From NCBI RefSeq assembly GCF_009914755.1, contig NC_060929.1: 64,000 nt of DNA; one strand, given 5' to 3'. The stretch is from the human T2T-CHM13v2.0 reference genome, Homo sapiens. The notes beneath the pieces were generated by a model that was not told where the DNA came from, made no database searches, and worked only from the letters and a program-made list of their open reading frames with translations. Shown here one piece after another: positions 1 through 14,939 of the stretch. Each line of letters begins with the position of its first letter. The stretch's first letter is position 1. Position numbers and translations under genes: made by a program.

Positions 1-3000
1 TTGTGTCTGATTGCTCTAGCCCAGACTTCCAGTACTATGTTGAATAACAGTGGTGAGAGTGGTCATCCTTGTCATGTTCCCCATCTTAGAGGAAAGACTT
101 TCAGTATGATACTAGCTATGCGTCTGTCATATATGGCTTTTATTGTGTTGAGTATATTCCTTATAAACCCAACTTTTTGAGAGTTTTTATTATGAAGGGA
201 TGTTGAATTTTATCAAATTCTTTTTCAGCATCAGTTGAAATGATTGTATGATTTTTGTCCTTCATTCTGTTGATATGATGTATCACATGGATTGATTTGT
301 GTATGTTGAACCATCCTCGCATCCTTGCATCCTTGGGATAAATCCCATTTGGTCATGATGAACGATCTTTCTATGCTGCTGAATTCGGTTTGATAGTATT
401 TTGTTTAGGATTTCTGCATAAATATTCATCAGGGATATTGGCCTATGGTTTTCTTTTTTTTTGATGTGTTTTGGTCTGGTTTTCACATAAGAGTAATATT
501 GGCCTGGTAGAATGAGTTTAAAAGTATTCCCTCCTTTATTTTTTGGAACAGTTTGAATAGGATTGGTATTAGTTCTTTAAATGTTTGGCAAAATTCAGCA
601 GTAAAGCCATCAGGTCGTGGGTTTTTCTCTACTGGAACAATTGTTATTATAGCTTTGATCTCATTACTTGTTATTTGTCTGTTCAGCTTTTGGGTGTCTT
701 CATGGCTCAATCTTGGTAGGATGTATGTGTCTAGGAATTTATTCATTACTTCTAGATTTTCCAATGTATTGGCATATAGTTACTCATAGTAGCCACTAAT
801 GATCCTTTGAATTTCTGCCATGTAGTTTATAATGTCTCCTTTTTTATCTCTGCTTTTATTTATTTGGGACTTCTCTCTTTTTTTCTTAGTTTATCTGGCT
901 AAAGGTTTGTCAATTTTGTTTATCTTTTCAGAAAACCAACTTTTTGTTTCTTTGATTTTTGGTATTGTTTTCTTCATTTTAATTTCACTTAATGTCTCCT
1001 CTGATCTTTAGTATTTCTTTTCTTCTACTAATTTTGGGTTTGGTTTGCTTTTGCTTTTCTAGTTCTTTAAGATGTATGAAGTAGTTTAAAGTTTTTCTTT
1101 TTTCATGTAGGCATTTACAGCTATAAACTTCCATCTTAGTACTGCTTTCACTGTATCCTGTAGGTTTTGATATGTTGTGTTTCCATTATCATTTATTTCA
1201 AGAAATTTTTCAATTTCTTTCTTAATTTCTTCATTGACCCACTGGTCATTCAGGAGCATGTTGTTTAATTTCCATGTATTTTTATAGTTTCCCAAATTCC
1301 TGTTATTTTTAATTTCTAGTTTTATTCTGTTGTGGTCAGAGAAGATGCTTGGTATTATTTAAAATTTTTTGAATGTTTTAAGACTTATTTTGTGACCCAA
1401 CATATGGTCTATCCTTGAAAATGATCCATGTGCTGAGGAAAAGAATGAATATTCTGCAGTCATTGGATGAAATGTTCTGTAAATATCTGTTAGATCCATT
1501 TGGTCTATAATGCAGATTAAGTCTGATGTTTCTTTGTTGATTTTCTGTCTGGAATATCTTTCCAATGCTAAAAGTGGGTTGTTGAAATCTCTAGATATTG
1601 TTGTATTGGAGTCCCTCTCTTTAGCTCTAATAATATTTGTCTTACATATCTGGGTGCTCCAGTGTTGGATGCATGTATATTTGCAATTGTTAGATTATCT
1701 TCTGAATTGACGCCAATATCATTATATAATAGCCTTTCCTGTCTCTTCTTAGAGTTTTTGTCTTGAAATATATTTTGTCTCAGAAAGTGTAGCCACTCCT
1801 GCTCTTTTTTGTTTCAGTTCACATGGAATACCTTTTTCAATCCCTCTATTTTCACTCTATGTGTGTCTTGATAGGTGAACTATGTTTCTTATAAGCAGCA
1901 GATCAATGATTCTTGCTTTTTTTTTAAAATCCATTCACCCACTCTATGTCTTTTTATTGAAGAGTTTAGTCCATTTACATTCGACACTATTATTGATAAG
2001 CAAGGACTTACTCCTGCCATTTTGTTATTTGTTTTCTCATAGTTTTGTGTTCAATTTCTTCTTTCCTTCCTTCCTGTCTTCCTTTTAGTGAAGGTGATTT
2101 TCTCTGGTGATATGATTTAATTTCTTGCTTTTTATTTTTTGTGTATCTGTCATATATTTATTTGGTTTGAGTTCACCATGAGGCTTGCAAATACTATCTA
2201 AAAACCCATTATTTTAAGCTGATAACAAATTAACACTGCTTGCATAAACAAAAGAGCAAAAAGAAAACTAATAAAAATTGTACACTTTAACTTCATTCCC
2301 CCACTTTTTAACTTTTTGTTGTTTCTATTTTTATCTCATAAATAGGTCTTGGGTAATATGCAGAAGAATTCTCTAGATTACCAGGCAGAGACTTTTGTTC
2401 TGTTCTCTTCTTTTACTTCCAAAAAAATGGAGTCTCTCTCTGTGTGCTGAGCCACCTGGAGCTGCAGATAGAGTGACACAAGCACCCTGTGGCCACCACC
2501 TCTAATACTGCTCTGGGTTAGACCTGAATCCAACACAGCACTGGATTGATAAGAATCCAAGGGCCACTGTAACCCCTATCTGGCAACCGCCTGTTTGCTC
2601 AAGGCTCAAGGGCTCTACAATCAGCAGGTGGTGAAATCAGCCAGACATGTATCCTTCCCTTCAGGGTAGTGAGTTCCCCCCAGGCCTCAGGCTGGTCCAG
2701 AGGTGCTGTCCAGGAGCCAGGGAATTGAGTAAAAAAAAATAATAAAACCTTAGAAATGTACATGGTGTTCCATTATACTGCAGTTGAGCTGGCATTCAAA
2801 CTACAAAACAGTTCTTTCCACTCTTTCTTCCCTTTTCTGCAGGCAGATGAGACTCACCCCTTGGCCACCACCACAGGCCCACAGGGAGTACTTCCAGACT
2901 ACAACCAATGTTCACTTGAGGCCAAGGACTCTTCAGTCAGCTTGTGGTGAATGCTGACAGGCCAGGGACTCATCCTTCAGGGCAGTAGGCTCCCCTTTGG

Positions 3001-4070
3001 GCCAGGGCAGGTCCAGAAATGCCATCCAAGAGCCAAGGCCTGGAATCAGGGATCCTAAGAGCCTTCTTGGTGCTCTATCCACTGTGACCAAGCTGGTGCC
3101 TGAAGCCAGCATGTCTCAGAGTCTCACCCAAGGCCCATGACCTACTACCTGGGCAGCACTGATGGTTATTCAGGGCCCAAGAGCTCTTTATTCTGCAGGT
3201 GATGGATTCTGCCAGAACTAGATCCTTACAGTGGGTTCCCTTCTGGCCCAGATGCATCTGGAAATGTTATCTGGGAGCTACGGCCTGAAATGAGGGCCTC
3301 ACAACTCTGACCGATACCCTATCCTACTGTGGCTGAGCTGGTATCCAAGATGTAAGACAAAGTCCTCTTTATTCTTCCCTCTCCTCTCCTCAAGCGAGAG
3401 GAAGAGGTCTCTTTTAGAGCCATGAGCTGCGCTTTCTGAGATTGGTGGAGGGTTGGTGCAAGCCCTCCCTTAGCCACCTTGGCTGGTATCTCAGTAGGTT
3501 GGATGCTTCCCAAGTCCACTGGCTCTGGGCTTAGTTCAGCACTAGGATTCAACCTAGGAGTTCCAGTCTTTGTGGTTTAGACTGCCTTTTGAGTTAATTT
3601 AGGGCCCCATGGTACTTTATCCCATGGTGGTGAGGCTTGCTGGAACTGGGATGAGTGGTTCCCCTCTGGATAGGGCTTGTCTAATTTCTCCCTCAGTGGG
3701 CATGCATCAGCTGAGTGCAGGTTGATTTTACTTTGCACTGTGATAGGGCAACACTGAGTTCAATGCAAAGACTCACAATCACTGTGCCATCCCCCTCCCA
3801 AGCACACAGGTTCTCTCTCCATGCCACTTGGCCACTGCTGGGGGAAAGGGGAGGAGTTGCATTGCACTGGCGATTCAAGACTGTCTTTCCTACCCTCTTC
3901 AGTGTCTCTTTCAGTGACATTAAGTTAAAACCAGGTACTGTGAGTGCTCACCTGATTTTTGGTTCTTAAGAAGGTGATTTCTTGTGTAGATAGTTGTTAA
4001 ATTCGGTGTACCTGTGGAGGGGAATGATCAGTGGCGCTTCCTATTCAGCTATCTTGCTCTGCCCCTCTCT
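1..4070 (-). mobile_element. Old L1 (L1M1/L1MA-like): 5'UTR (~2345-4070) plus decayed ORF2 EN-to-RT region (~1-1990), running off the window start
   Basis: Minus-strand ORF fragments match L1 ORF2p: INKETSDL..DLTDIYRTFHP..FFSSAHGSFSRIDHMLGHK (1359-1565, EN), [45 protein letters not shown] and [26 protein letters not shown] (RT). The 5' end reads GGGGCAGAGCAAGATAGCTGAATAGGAAG on minus, like the L1 CAAGATGGCCGAATAGGA start. Confidence 0.93.
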
Positions 4071-4299
4071 ACCCCTAACAATATTAATTTTAATGCACAG
4101 CTATTCTAAGATAGGCCAGAAATAGTGTAGTTTAAATTTTCCTTTCTTTTGAGTAATATTGAGACTTTATTTGGTTTAGTTTTGCTTTTCACAAACTGTT
4201 TTCTGTGGAATACAAACTTTCTGTGAGCTATAATAGGTATTTTTAAAAGATGATCTTATATGGCCAGATTTCTTTAGAATATGCTAGGTCTACTTGGAG

Positions 4300-5150
<851 letters not shown>

Positions 5151-5424
5151 AACCCATATTGGCATATCCGAGGCTCTGTGGGGTGCTATAGTAGAGCAAC
5201 CTGTTTGCCCTGGCTTATTTTCAAGTTTCTAAAACATAATTGATCAAATTGTTCTGCCAATAAATACCTGACAGAAGAGTGGCATTCCATGGAAGACAGA
5301 TTTGGAGATGCTAATTTGGTGAATTTAAGCTAGTTGCTACTTAGGAACACCAGTGTCTCATGAAAGTGATTCACTGGGACACCATTTGGTGCAATAAAGG
5401 TGGGATTCAAAAACACAGTGTTTA

Positions 5425-5940
5425 CATTCACTGTCTTTGAAGTCAGAGTTCACATCTCAACTCCCCTATTTAATAATTGTATCTGGGCAAAGTGCAGTGC
5501 CTCACACCTGTAATCCCAGCACTTTGAGAGGCTGAGGCGGACAGATTGCTTGAGCTCAGGGATTTGAGACCAGCCTAGGCAACCTAGCAAAACCCCATCT
5601 CTACAAAAAAATACAAAAAATTATCTAGACATGGTGGTGCATGCCTGCAGTCCCAACTACTTGGGAAGCTGAGGTGAGAGAATCACCTGAGCCTAGGAGG
5701 TCAAGGCTGCAGTAAGCCACGGTTGTGCCATTGCACCCCAGGCTGGGTGACAGAGTGAGACCCTGTCTCAAAAAAAAACTATATTCTTGTAGGTAAAATA
5801 CTTAATCTGTCTGTGCCTCAGTTTTCTCATATTTAAATGGAAGATGATATTCATTATTTCAAATGGTTGTTAGGAAGATTGAGAAAATATATGTGAAGTT
5901 CATTGAACATGATAAATACTCAATAAATATTATTGTTATT
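5425..5940 (+). mobile_element. MIR split by AluJ
   Basis: MIR core cttaatctgtctgtgcctcagttttctcat follows the Alu; the MIR 5' part precedes it. Confidence 0.75.
5486..5778 (+). mobile_element. AluJ
   Basis: AluJ diagnostics: gattgcttgagctcagg, aggtcaaggctgcagt, gagaccctgtctc. Confidence 0.95.
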
Positions 5941-6224
5941 TAGCACTATTAACCTAAAATAGTATTTTCCCCACAGGGTTTTCAGGCATTATTTCTTGAT
6001 ATTAATGAGCTCATACAGAAGAAATAAAATGTGTGGGGGTGAGTTTCTTATTGAGCAAGCTTATAAAAAACAAACACACGTATGTACAACATTAACAGAA
6101 TAATGTCTCATTCACACTCTAGAGTAAAATAAGTAAATGTCATTTAATAATCAATTTCTGGATTCCCTACCTCTGTTTTCCTTTTCGTTGCAAAACTATC
6201 AAATTTAAAACCTAACCAAATTAG

Positions 6225-6623
<399 letters not shown>

Positions 6624-6710
6624 TAAGGGACTTTTTGAGACCCTGATTGTTCCTTCGTTCTATTGTCAGCAATGGCTAGCAAGCGTGTTCTCTTTATTGG
6701 TCCCTTACAG

Positions 6711-6817
6711 AGGATGTTTAGGACTTCTGAGCTGTGCCCTTTGGCGCTGATTGGCTGCACTGAACTAAACGAGCCTCACTTGAGAGTTGGTAGGACCTAA
6801 CCTGGCTGATGGCATAG
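6711..6817 (+). other. Candidate 107-nt non-coding/UTR exon
   Basis: Acceptor tctttattggtcccttacAG|A and donor TAG|GTAAGA in non-repeat sequence; no through-reading frame. Confidence 0.35.
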
Positions 6818-7643
6818 GTAAGAAAACCTCCAAAGTATATGAAAATGGAAGGAAAATTAGTCAAATAACCATGATATCTGTTTTTAAACTGAAGCTGAGA
6901 ATTATTGACATGATATTGGCCCATTAAAGTTTTTCTTTTTTTAAAACCTGCCTTGCCTAAGTGGATTTAATGTGTTTTGGTGTTTTATTCCTCCTGACAC
7001 CAGCTTGGGAAAAAAGAAAACTTAATTGCTACATTTATGCATAACTTCAGGGTGCTGAATGCTTGAGGAATTTTTACTTTCCAGACACATCAAAACAACA
7101 ACAACAAAATCATATCATAATCAACACTTCTGGATGAAATGAGAGATCCTCTCCAACATCCTGTGGGTGGGCATTTTGGATTTAATTGCTTTGCCACTTC
7201 ATTTGTCATTTTCTAAAATAGGCCTCCAGAGAAATTATGTTCAAACAAGACACTTCCATAGTCAGTATATGGTGCATGAGTCGAAGGAATAAAATCAATC
7301 TCTAATCCAACCTTGTGTGCCACATAACAGCTTGTGTCTTGCTCTCAAAAAGCTTACATTTGGGGAATAAGACTATTAATGCGTTTGAAATACCTGTGGA
7401 ATGATACAAGAGATTTGAGATGGTTGAGTGCTTCCTCATGCAGCAAAGACTCTAGGTATTAATTGATTTCTAAAGAAGGATTTCTAATAGAGCTGAAGTA
7501 AATGGAATGGGAAATAGTGTGCTCCACATAACTGTAGTTTTCAGTTAGGATTCGTTATCATGGCATGGCTGAGATGATAGACAACAGGCTCCAGACTGGT
7601 GGTCCATGGTCCTGACAGGGTTCTGTCAGCCAACAGTTTGGCT

Positions 7644-7671
7644 TGTGTGTGTGTATGTATGTGTGTGTGTG
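7644..7671 (+). repeat. Imperfect (TG)n microsatellite
   Basis: tgtgtgtgtgtatgtatgtgtgtgtgtg. Confidence 0.9.
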
Positions 7672-8208
7672 GGTAATGTTTCAGAAAACATGATAACTCA
7701 GCGAGTCCTACATTCAATATGTACCTTAGCCCCATTTTCTTCCTTCCTACACCTCTCATTCATGTGTATGAATTTCAGGCCTCAGGCAGGAATGTATGCT
7801 TACAGTGGCTAAAAACATAAACCACAGATTGGTGGGAAGAGGGTGGGGTTGGACTAAATAACTTGAAACCATCCTCCTTGGTATTCTGTGCTCTGAAAAC
7901 TCAGAAGGAGAAAATAAGTGTATACTGAGATAGTAAGGAGGACTTTGCAGAGTACGTAGGACTTAAAATGGATGCTGGGAGGGAGGTGAGATTGAGACAG
8001 GTGCAGAAGAGGGCCTCCCAGTAGGTAGAACAGCAAGATTTGAGACAGCTGGTAGAAATTAGTTCAAGGGGAAGGGGAGACTGGTCTGGCAAAGGTGATG
8101 AGAGTGTGTTGACCATCAGGAAAGAAACTGATGGACCCCCAGGCCAAACCTGGGGATACCTTCAAGGTCACAATCCCAATCCCACACGGCAATAGTTAAC
8201 ACAGTTGA

Positions 8209-8571
<363 letters not shown>

Positions 8572-9138
8572 ACCACTCTACTTTTATGGAGCTAACAGGT
8601 AATAAAGTTTCCAAGTTAAGAGCCCAACAAATAAAATCACAGCCAGTTCTAGACTCAGGTTCTTTGAATAATAGAACAGGTGTGTAGAAATACGTATAAA
8701 CAAGCATCATTCTTAAATTATTTCTCTCTTTGCTAAAACAGCAAATGGTTTTCTTAAAGGGTAGGATAATTGATAATTCACATTTATTCTCTTCTTTGTC
8801 TCATCATGCAGGTCATTTCTACCCAGGCCTATCAACGATTGTATTATGATGGGAACAGAAAGAATTATTTATTCTGGGAATCCTGGCCATTTGTGGGGGG
8901 CGGGGTAAATCATTTTAATTTCATTGCTTGATTTATGTGCTTGTGTAAGTGTAGAGGGTCCTGACTGTTCATTTCCATAAGCCTCTCCTTTTTCTAGGGT
9001 CCTGATCCTTTTTCTCCCATGATATGAAGATAAACTAGATTGTGGAAACACCACCAGCAGCCCTGAATTTTTCTCTCCATCCTTTGCCAACAGCTTGACA
9101 TCTGAGTTTTCATAATAATCAAATGGATTGATGGACAC

Positions 9139-9605
9139 AGTATTAGGATACTTTTGGCTGCAAGCGACAGAAGCACAAACACATTTACACACACAAAAAA
9201 TTTCTGGCTTGCATAGCTAATAAGTTCAGGAGTTAGCCTCAGGCATAGCCAGACTCAAACAATTTCAGCAGGAATTAGTCTTGCCCCATCACTTGGCTCT
9301 GATTTCCTCTGTGTGGGCTTTGTTCTTAACAAACTCTGCCCGTGTAGTGGCCAGATGGCCCAGAGCAGCTCCAGGGCGTCCTCCTCTCAGCTTCAAGTCC
9401 AGACAAAGAACTTCTCTTTCCCAATTACCTATAATGGGACTCTATAATTGAGTCCCATTGGTCAGATCTGGTTCACAGGCTTTCCATAGAGCCAGGAATG
9501 GGATCCATCCTGAATCACCAGAAGTGAGAGTGTGTATGAGGGATGGTTCCCTAGAGGGAAATCACAGTGCTACCATCAGAAGGAGGAGGATGCTGGGCGG
9601 GGTAA
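9139..9605 (-). mobile_element. MLT1K-like MaLR solo LTR
   Basis: tattaggatacttttggctgcaagcgacagaa ... ggttccctagagggaaatcacagtgctaccatcagaaggaggaggatgctgggc. Confidence 0.75.
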
Positions 9606-10009
9606 GGTGTGATGTTGACTTGAGAAGGATGAATCACGCTTCTAGGTGTGGGCCTTAGCCCTTTTGGGAGATAGCGCTGAATCCAACATTTCTTTGAATC
9701 CTCATTTTTTACCTTAAAAATGCATATGACTTCTATTTCATCAACTCCATCTGATTAGTTTTAATGTAAAAATAATGTTTTTAATTACCGATTACTCCTA
9801 AGTCATTGACTAGGTTTAAGATTCCAAGAAGGGACATTATTATAAACCCTGTGGCTTCAGTATCCCAGGCACTTTCCTGTGTTTCAGAACTTCCTTTTTG
9901 AGAAGCTCAAATTTATGCAACTATCAAATAATAATGTAGCCATTATTAGATTTCTCTGCTGTTTCAAGTGAATTGCTTAAGCCTAGAGGAAATAACAACA
10001 GGAAAAACT

Positions 10010-10252
10010 GGCATACAGAATGGCCATTAAGAGAGCAGGTTTTTGGTCAGATGGCCATAGGCTGGAATCCTGCTTCACCCCTGATAATCTGTATGGTCTT
10101 TGATAAATTACTTGAGCTCATTGAGCTGTCATTTTCTCAGTGGTTAACATGACTCATCCTTATACATTGTGAGGACTAAATGAGCTAATGCTTGTGAAAC
10201 AAGGATAGAGCCTGGCACATAGTGATTCTCAGGAATTGTTAGTTATCATTAT
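10010..10252 (+). mobile_element. MIR
   Basis: gtgaggactaaatgagctaatg..cctggcacatagtg 3' signature. Confidence 0.8.
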
Positions 10253-10940
10253 ATTTCAATAAATACCATTATTAATATTTTATATGTATTATAGATGTAA
10301 TAAACTTTTAAAATGACTTACTTCTACTAATAATGACTTCATATTGCAGTTTCAAATGCAAGCAAAAGATGGATGATAATTTCTTTTTTGTTTTTCATGA
10401 CCTGCAGTCAATTGAAAAGGGCTCTAAATATAAAGCAAGGAGGCAGAGGAGATTGCCTTGAGAGTGAAGAGTTTTTATTTTCATGCCATTAGCTTAGACT
10501 CACTGTAATATTTTCCTGCTCTTTAATTCCTCCACAGTTGTCACTAATTGCACACTTATCTTGCCGTTTAACAGTAGCTCTTATTTCCTAAACAACTCTT
10601 GCACAAAGCAGTTAGCCAAAATACATCTTCCTTTTGTTTTCAACAGAAAATCCACCTTATGCATTTTTCACAATTTTGAATACAAATGACCAAAAGAAAA
10701 CATCAGGAAAATGGCTTCACTGGCACAAATTATCAGATGATTATTGGTGCCTTTTAATTCCAAGGGTTGATGATCATTGCTAGCTTAAGAAAATGCCTAC
10801 CACATTTGAGAAGATGATAGCTACCATTAAAATGAAGGTTACAGAACATGAAATGGTAAAAATAAAAAGACTCCATAGGATTCCTTTCATTTATGCTTTG
10901 GAAACTCTAATCTTTTCTAATTTTAAGGTGTATTTTTTAA

Positions 10941-11339
<399 letters not shown>

Positions 11340-11649
11340 TATGCTCCTATTTTAAAAGTTTTGAGATGTCATCTATGAGGGTGCTTATAGACAAAGTCAA
11401 TTTAAACATATGGAAAGTTCCACATCATTCATTCATTTGATGAAATCTTTTCCTAACTCCTACTCAGTCTATCTAATGACAATATGAACAACCCAACTGA
11501 GAAAAGGAGTAATCCTCATGGAACACTTTGTATTATAGATATGTCGCCCTTGAAATTTAGATTATTTAGAGCTTCTCCTGAGTAAGATAGGTGGTTTTAA
11601 AGTTCCAAAATGCATCCCGTTAACCACTACCCCTTCCTGTAAAGAAGGA

Positions 11650-12285
11650 TTATGGAGTCATAGTTAATAACTCAGAGTCTGAAGCCAGATTACCTGAGTA
11701 CAAGTCTCAGGTGTGCCAATGCCTCGCTGTATGGCTCTGGGCAATTTACCTACCAGCTCCACATACTTCACTTTTCTCACTTGTACTTACTTCATGGGAT
11801 CATCATGAGGACTAAATGAGTTAATCTATATGCAATGCAAAAACAGTGTCTGGCACATATTAAGTGATTTTATAGACATTTACTGCTGTTGCTATTGTTG
11901 ATGCTATTGCTGCTGTCATCCTAAGAACATGTGAGGTCTTTAAGAGCACAGGCAAGCAAATCCAACAGTTCTGAGTTTGAACCCCAGACCTGAAACTTAC
12001 TAGCTGTGTAATCTTGGGCCAGCAAGTTTCTTAATCTTGTTGGGCTTTAGCTTCTTCGCTGGAACAATGGAGATAATACCAATTAGTAAGATTTGGTCAG
12101 GGTCTATCGTAAGAAGGAATTGAGGAAAAGTCTAGGTTTCAATCCTCATTGCTCTTTGACCTTGGTCAAACTACTTTGCCTGAGAAATGTGTTTGTTGTC
12201 AAGATTAAATGAGCTAATCCATATAAAAGGCTTAAAATGGTACTTGTAATTTTGCAAGGGCTAAATAAATTGTAAGTATTACCAT
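11650..12285 (+). mobile_element. Cluster of three MIR fragments (~11650-11900, 11935-12090, 12140-12285)
   Basis: Repeated MIR motifs: tactagctgtgtaatcttgggc, gaggactaaatgagttaat, aagattaaatgagctaat. Confidence 0.75.
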
Positions 12286-12489
12286 TGCTTACTCATCTCA
12301 CATTAATTTTCACATTTTACAAGTAATCAAGAAAATGGGAGAGATTACCTTCTTAGTCCAAGTGACTAGTATGTGGCAGACCTGTGACATAATTCCAGGG
12401 CTTCACACACTGCTAGGTTGTGGCATATGATGGGGCCTGTATTATGATTTAGGTTGTTGATATTATGGGGGTATTAATTCATGAGTTCC

Positions 12490-12808
12490 TTCTGCCTAAA
12501 ATATCCATGTGTCCAGATCCTTTAAAATCCACATTAAATGCCACATGCCTTTTTTCCTGAAGACTTTCCTGCTTTTCAAAGGCAACTGTCATCTGTGAAT
12601 GCATTAAACTGTGGCTGCTCTCCCCACTACTCACCTTAAATTATGATTACTGTACATATCTTTTATCATCTAGGAGACTGCAGTTACTGTGAAGGCATGT
12701 TCTGTGAATGATTCATCATCATCTCCTCATTGCTGTAACAATGCATGGAACTTGGGGGAATTTTGTAGATATTTGTTAAATGGATGAATAAATGAGTGAA
12801 TGAATGAA
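12490..12808 (+). mobile_element. L2 3' end
   Basis: Ends in atatttgttaaatggatgaataaatgagtgaatgaatgaa, an L2 (TGAA)n tail. Confidence 0.75.
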
Positions 12809-13104
12809 GCAGCTATCGGCTTGGATGATTGCAGGCAAATTAGCCTGGGAGGGGATAACACTGAGCATTTGAAGATATACTGAAAGTTCATATTTCCCTG
12901 TTAGAATATCCAAACCGCAGACTCTGAAAAACACCTCCAGCTAGGAGGCAGGGCTGTAATTTGAGCCTGTGAACTGGATGTTCTCGACTTTAAAAGTGAA
13001 TCATTCATGTGTTCATTCAACAAACGCTCATGCAGTACTTGTTATGGGCTTTTTTATATGCTTGCTCAGGGTATGGGAGCCTATGTTTGGAAGCTTTACT
13101 GTGA

Positions 13105-13705
13105 AGTCACAGGACATCAGATATGGAAGGGACCAGAGGATCATCCTAGACAGGATTTCTCAGGTGGTGTAATGAGAAATATTAGCCCCCAGTGAGAAAG
13201 TTCACAAGTCAATGAATAAGAGATTTCTATAGACTCCTAAATGTGGAGGATGCTATATTCTATATCCCTCTCCTTTCCATATTACTAATAATAATGATCA
13301 TAGCCATAATAATGGAAGCTAACATTTATTAAGCTCTGTAGAATTGATTCATTTAATCTTTACAAGAACTTTATGGTGTAGGCATTATTATCCCCTTTTA
13401 AAGATGAGAAAAAGAAAGCATATTAGAGCTTCAAAGGCATGGGGAATCCTAGAACAAAGAAACCCATTTGTTTTGCTTAATCCAGCATTTTCCAAGTTTG
13501 ATTTATCACAGAAGTGCATTTTTCCTTTTGCATAAAACCTAACAGTATCCTGTGAATCTGAGGACTACATACATTATTTGGGGAAATGTTATTCTAGTCT
13601 AACACCTTTATTTTGAGAAGAGTTGAGGCCCAGAATGCAAAGGACCTCATCTAATTCTGTCCCTAGCAGGTTGCAGAGTGAGGGCTAGAATGTGGCTTCC
13701 TGATA
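13105..13705. mobile_element. Nest: MIR3/MIRc containing a MER103C-like hAT (~13151-13590) that contains a MIR (-, ~13285-13430)
   Basis: ggaagggaccagaggatcatcctaga|caggatttctc ... cagcattttccaagtttgatttatcacagaa ... tttggggaaatgtt|attctagt, then MIR resumes with ttttgagaagagttgaggcccaga. Confidence 0.5.
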
Positions 13706-14939
13706 CTTACTGAATTCATTTCCTTTTGTTTTCCTAATACTTTTTGTGTGCTCCCTTCTCTGTTCTCTCCTGCTTCCTTCCCTCCTCCTCTCTTCTGTCA
13801 TGCTTTTCTATACCCTAGCAGTAGGTTTTGGGTAGGTTTTGCTGATGGGCCCCTCAGTTCATCTTCCTAGTAATCACTACCAAACAGTTAAAAGTCTCAT
13901 AACAACTTTATGTTGCTGTAGCAGTAGGCAGGCTCTTGCTAGGATTACTCCTTGTGTATATTGTGGGCTGCACAAAGAAGTGAGTTGTCTGTTAAAGAGT
14001 CATAATAATACTGCCTAATTAAATGAAGACCTTTAGCTCTCTTCTACATTTCTCCCTTTCTCTAACAATATTTTTTCAAGCAACAGCTTGGAGAAGTAAG
14101 GGTCATTCTATATTTCTTGCTGATTTATCTATTTATTCTCTTAAAAGCCTCTCTGTGATAGTTTTATTTATCAAAAAAAGTTGTCTTCTGATCTCTTCCA
14201 TAATCTGAAATTCATATTCTCCAGACTTTTGCTCATTCATTTAACACACATATCTTTTTGAGTCCCTTCTCTGCAAAATACTGATGCCAGGCTCAATGAA
14301 GGTACAGTGGTGGCTGAGACATATTTTCTGTCCTCAAGGGTCTCAAAGCCTGAGAGACATATGTGTAAATATTAATAGACAATGGCTCTCCAAGTAGTTT
14401 CCCAGGAATTTATAAAGTTTTGTACTAAATTATGTAAAATGTGCTTTTCCTTAATTTAGTTATTCATTATCATATCGAAATTAGGACTAAATTTGTTTAG
14501 AAGATTCTAAATAGTATTCAGTGAAACCTTTTCTATGCGAAAGTTTGTCCTCATCTATAGGAAGCGATGATTTATAAAATGTAAACACAGCAACTGACAG
14601 ACAACATAGTGAGCACTTAATAAATTATAGTCATGCTGCCCATTATTAGCAATAGTAATAAGAGTAGCAGCAGCGTTCGATTATTTAGATTTAAATGCGA
14701 GATTTTTTAACTTACTAGCTGTGTGACATTGAGCAAAGAGCATAATTTCTTTGAGTGTCATTTTGGGAGGACTGAAATCAAAGGAAGTTATTAGTCAAGT
14801 TTAAAGTGCTTCACAAGTGCTTTATGGTTTAAAAACTGTAAAATGTCATCCCTTTGCCTTGAATTGTACCTTTCAACATGCCAGGAAAATCTATTCTTTT
14901 GGTCAGATCATATGTGGAATGTTGTGCTTACATCATATT

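Noticed and set aside
283-1565. ORFs with endonuclease and reverse-transcriptase motifs
   Set aside because: They are frameshifted, stop-riddled L1 ORF2 fossils, not a functional gene or a novel RT system. The same applies to 27090-29643, 30633-30845, 45792-45980, 47578-47895 and 49001-49219.
8945-8997. GTAAGT...TTTCTAG mini-intron
   Set aside because: At 53 nt it is below the usual minimum for human spliceosomal introns.
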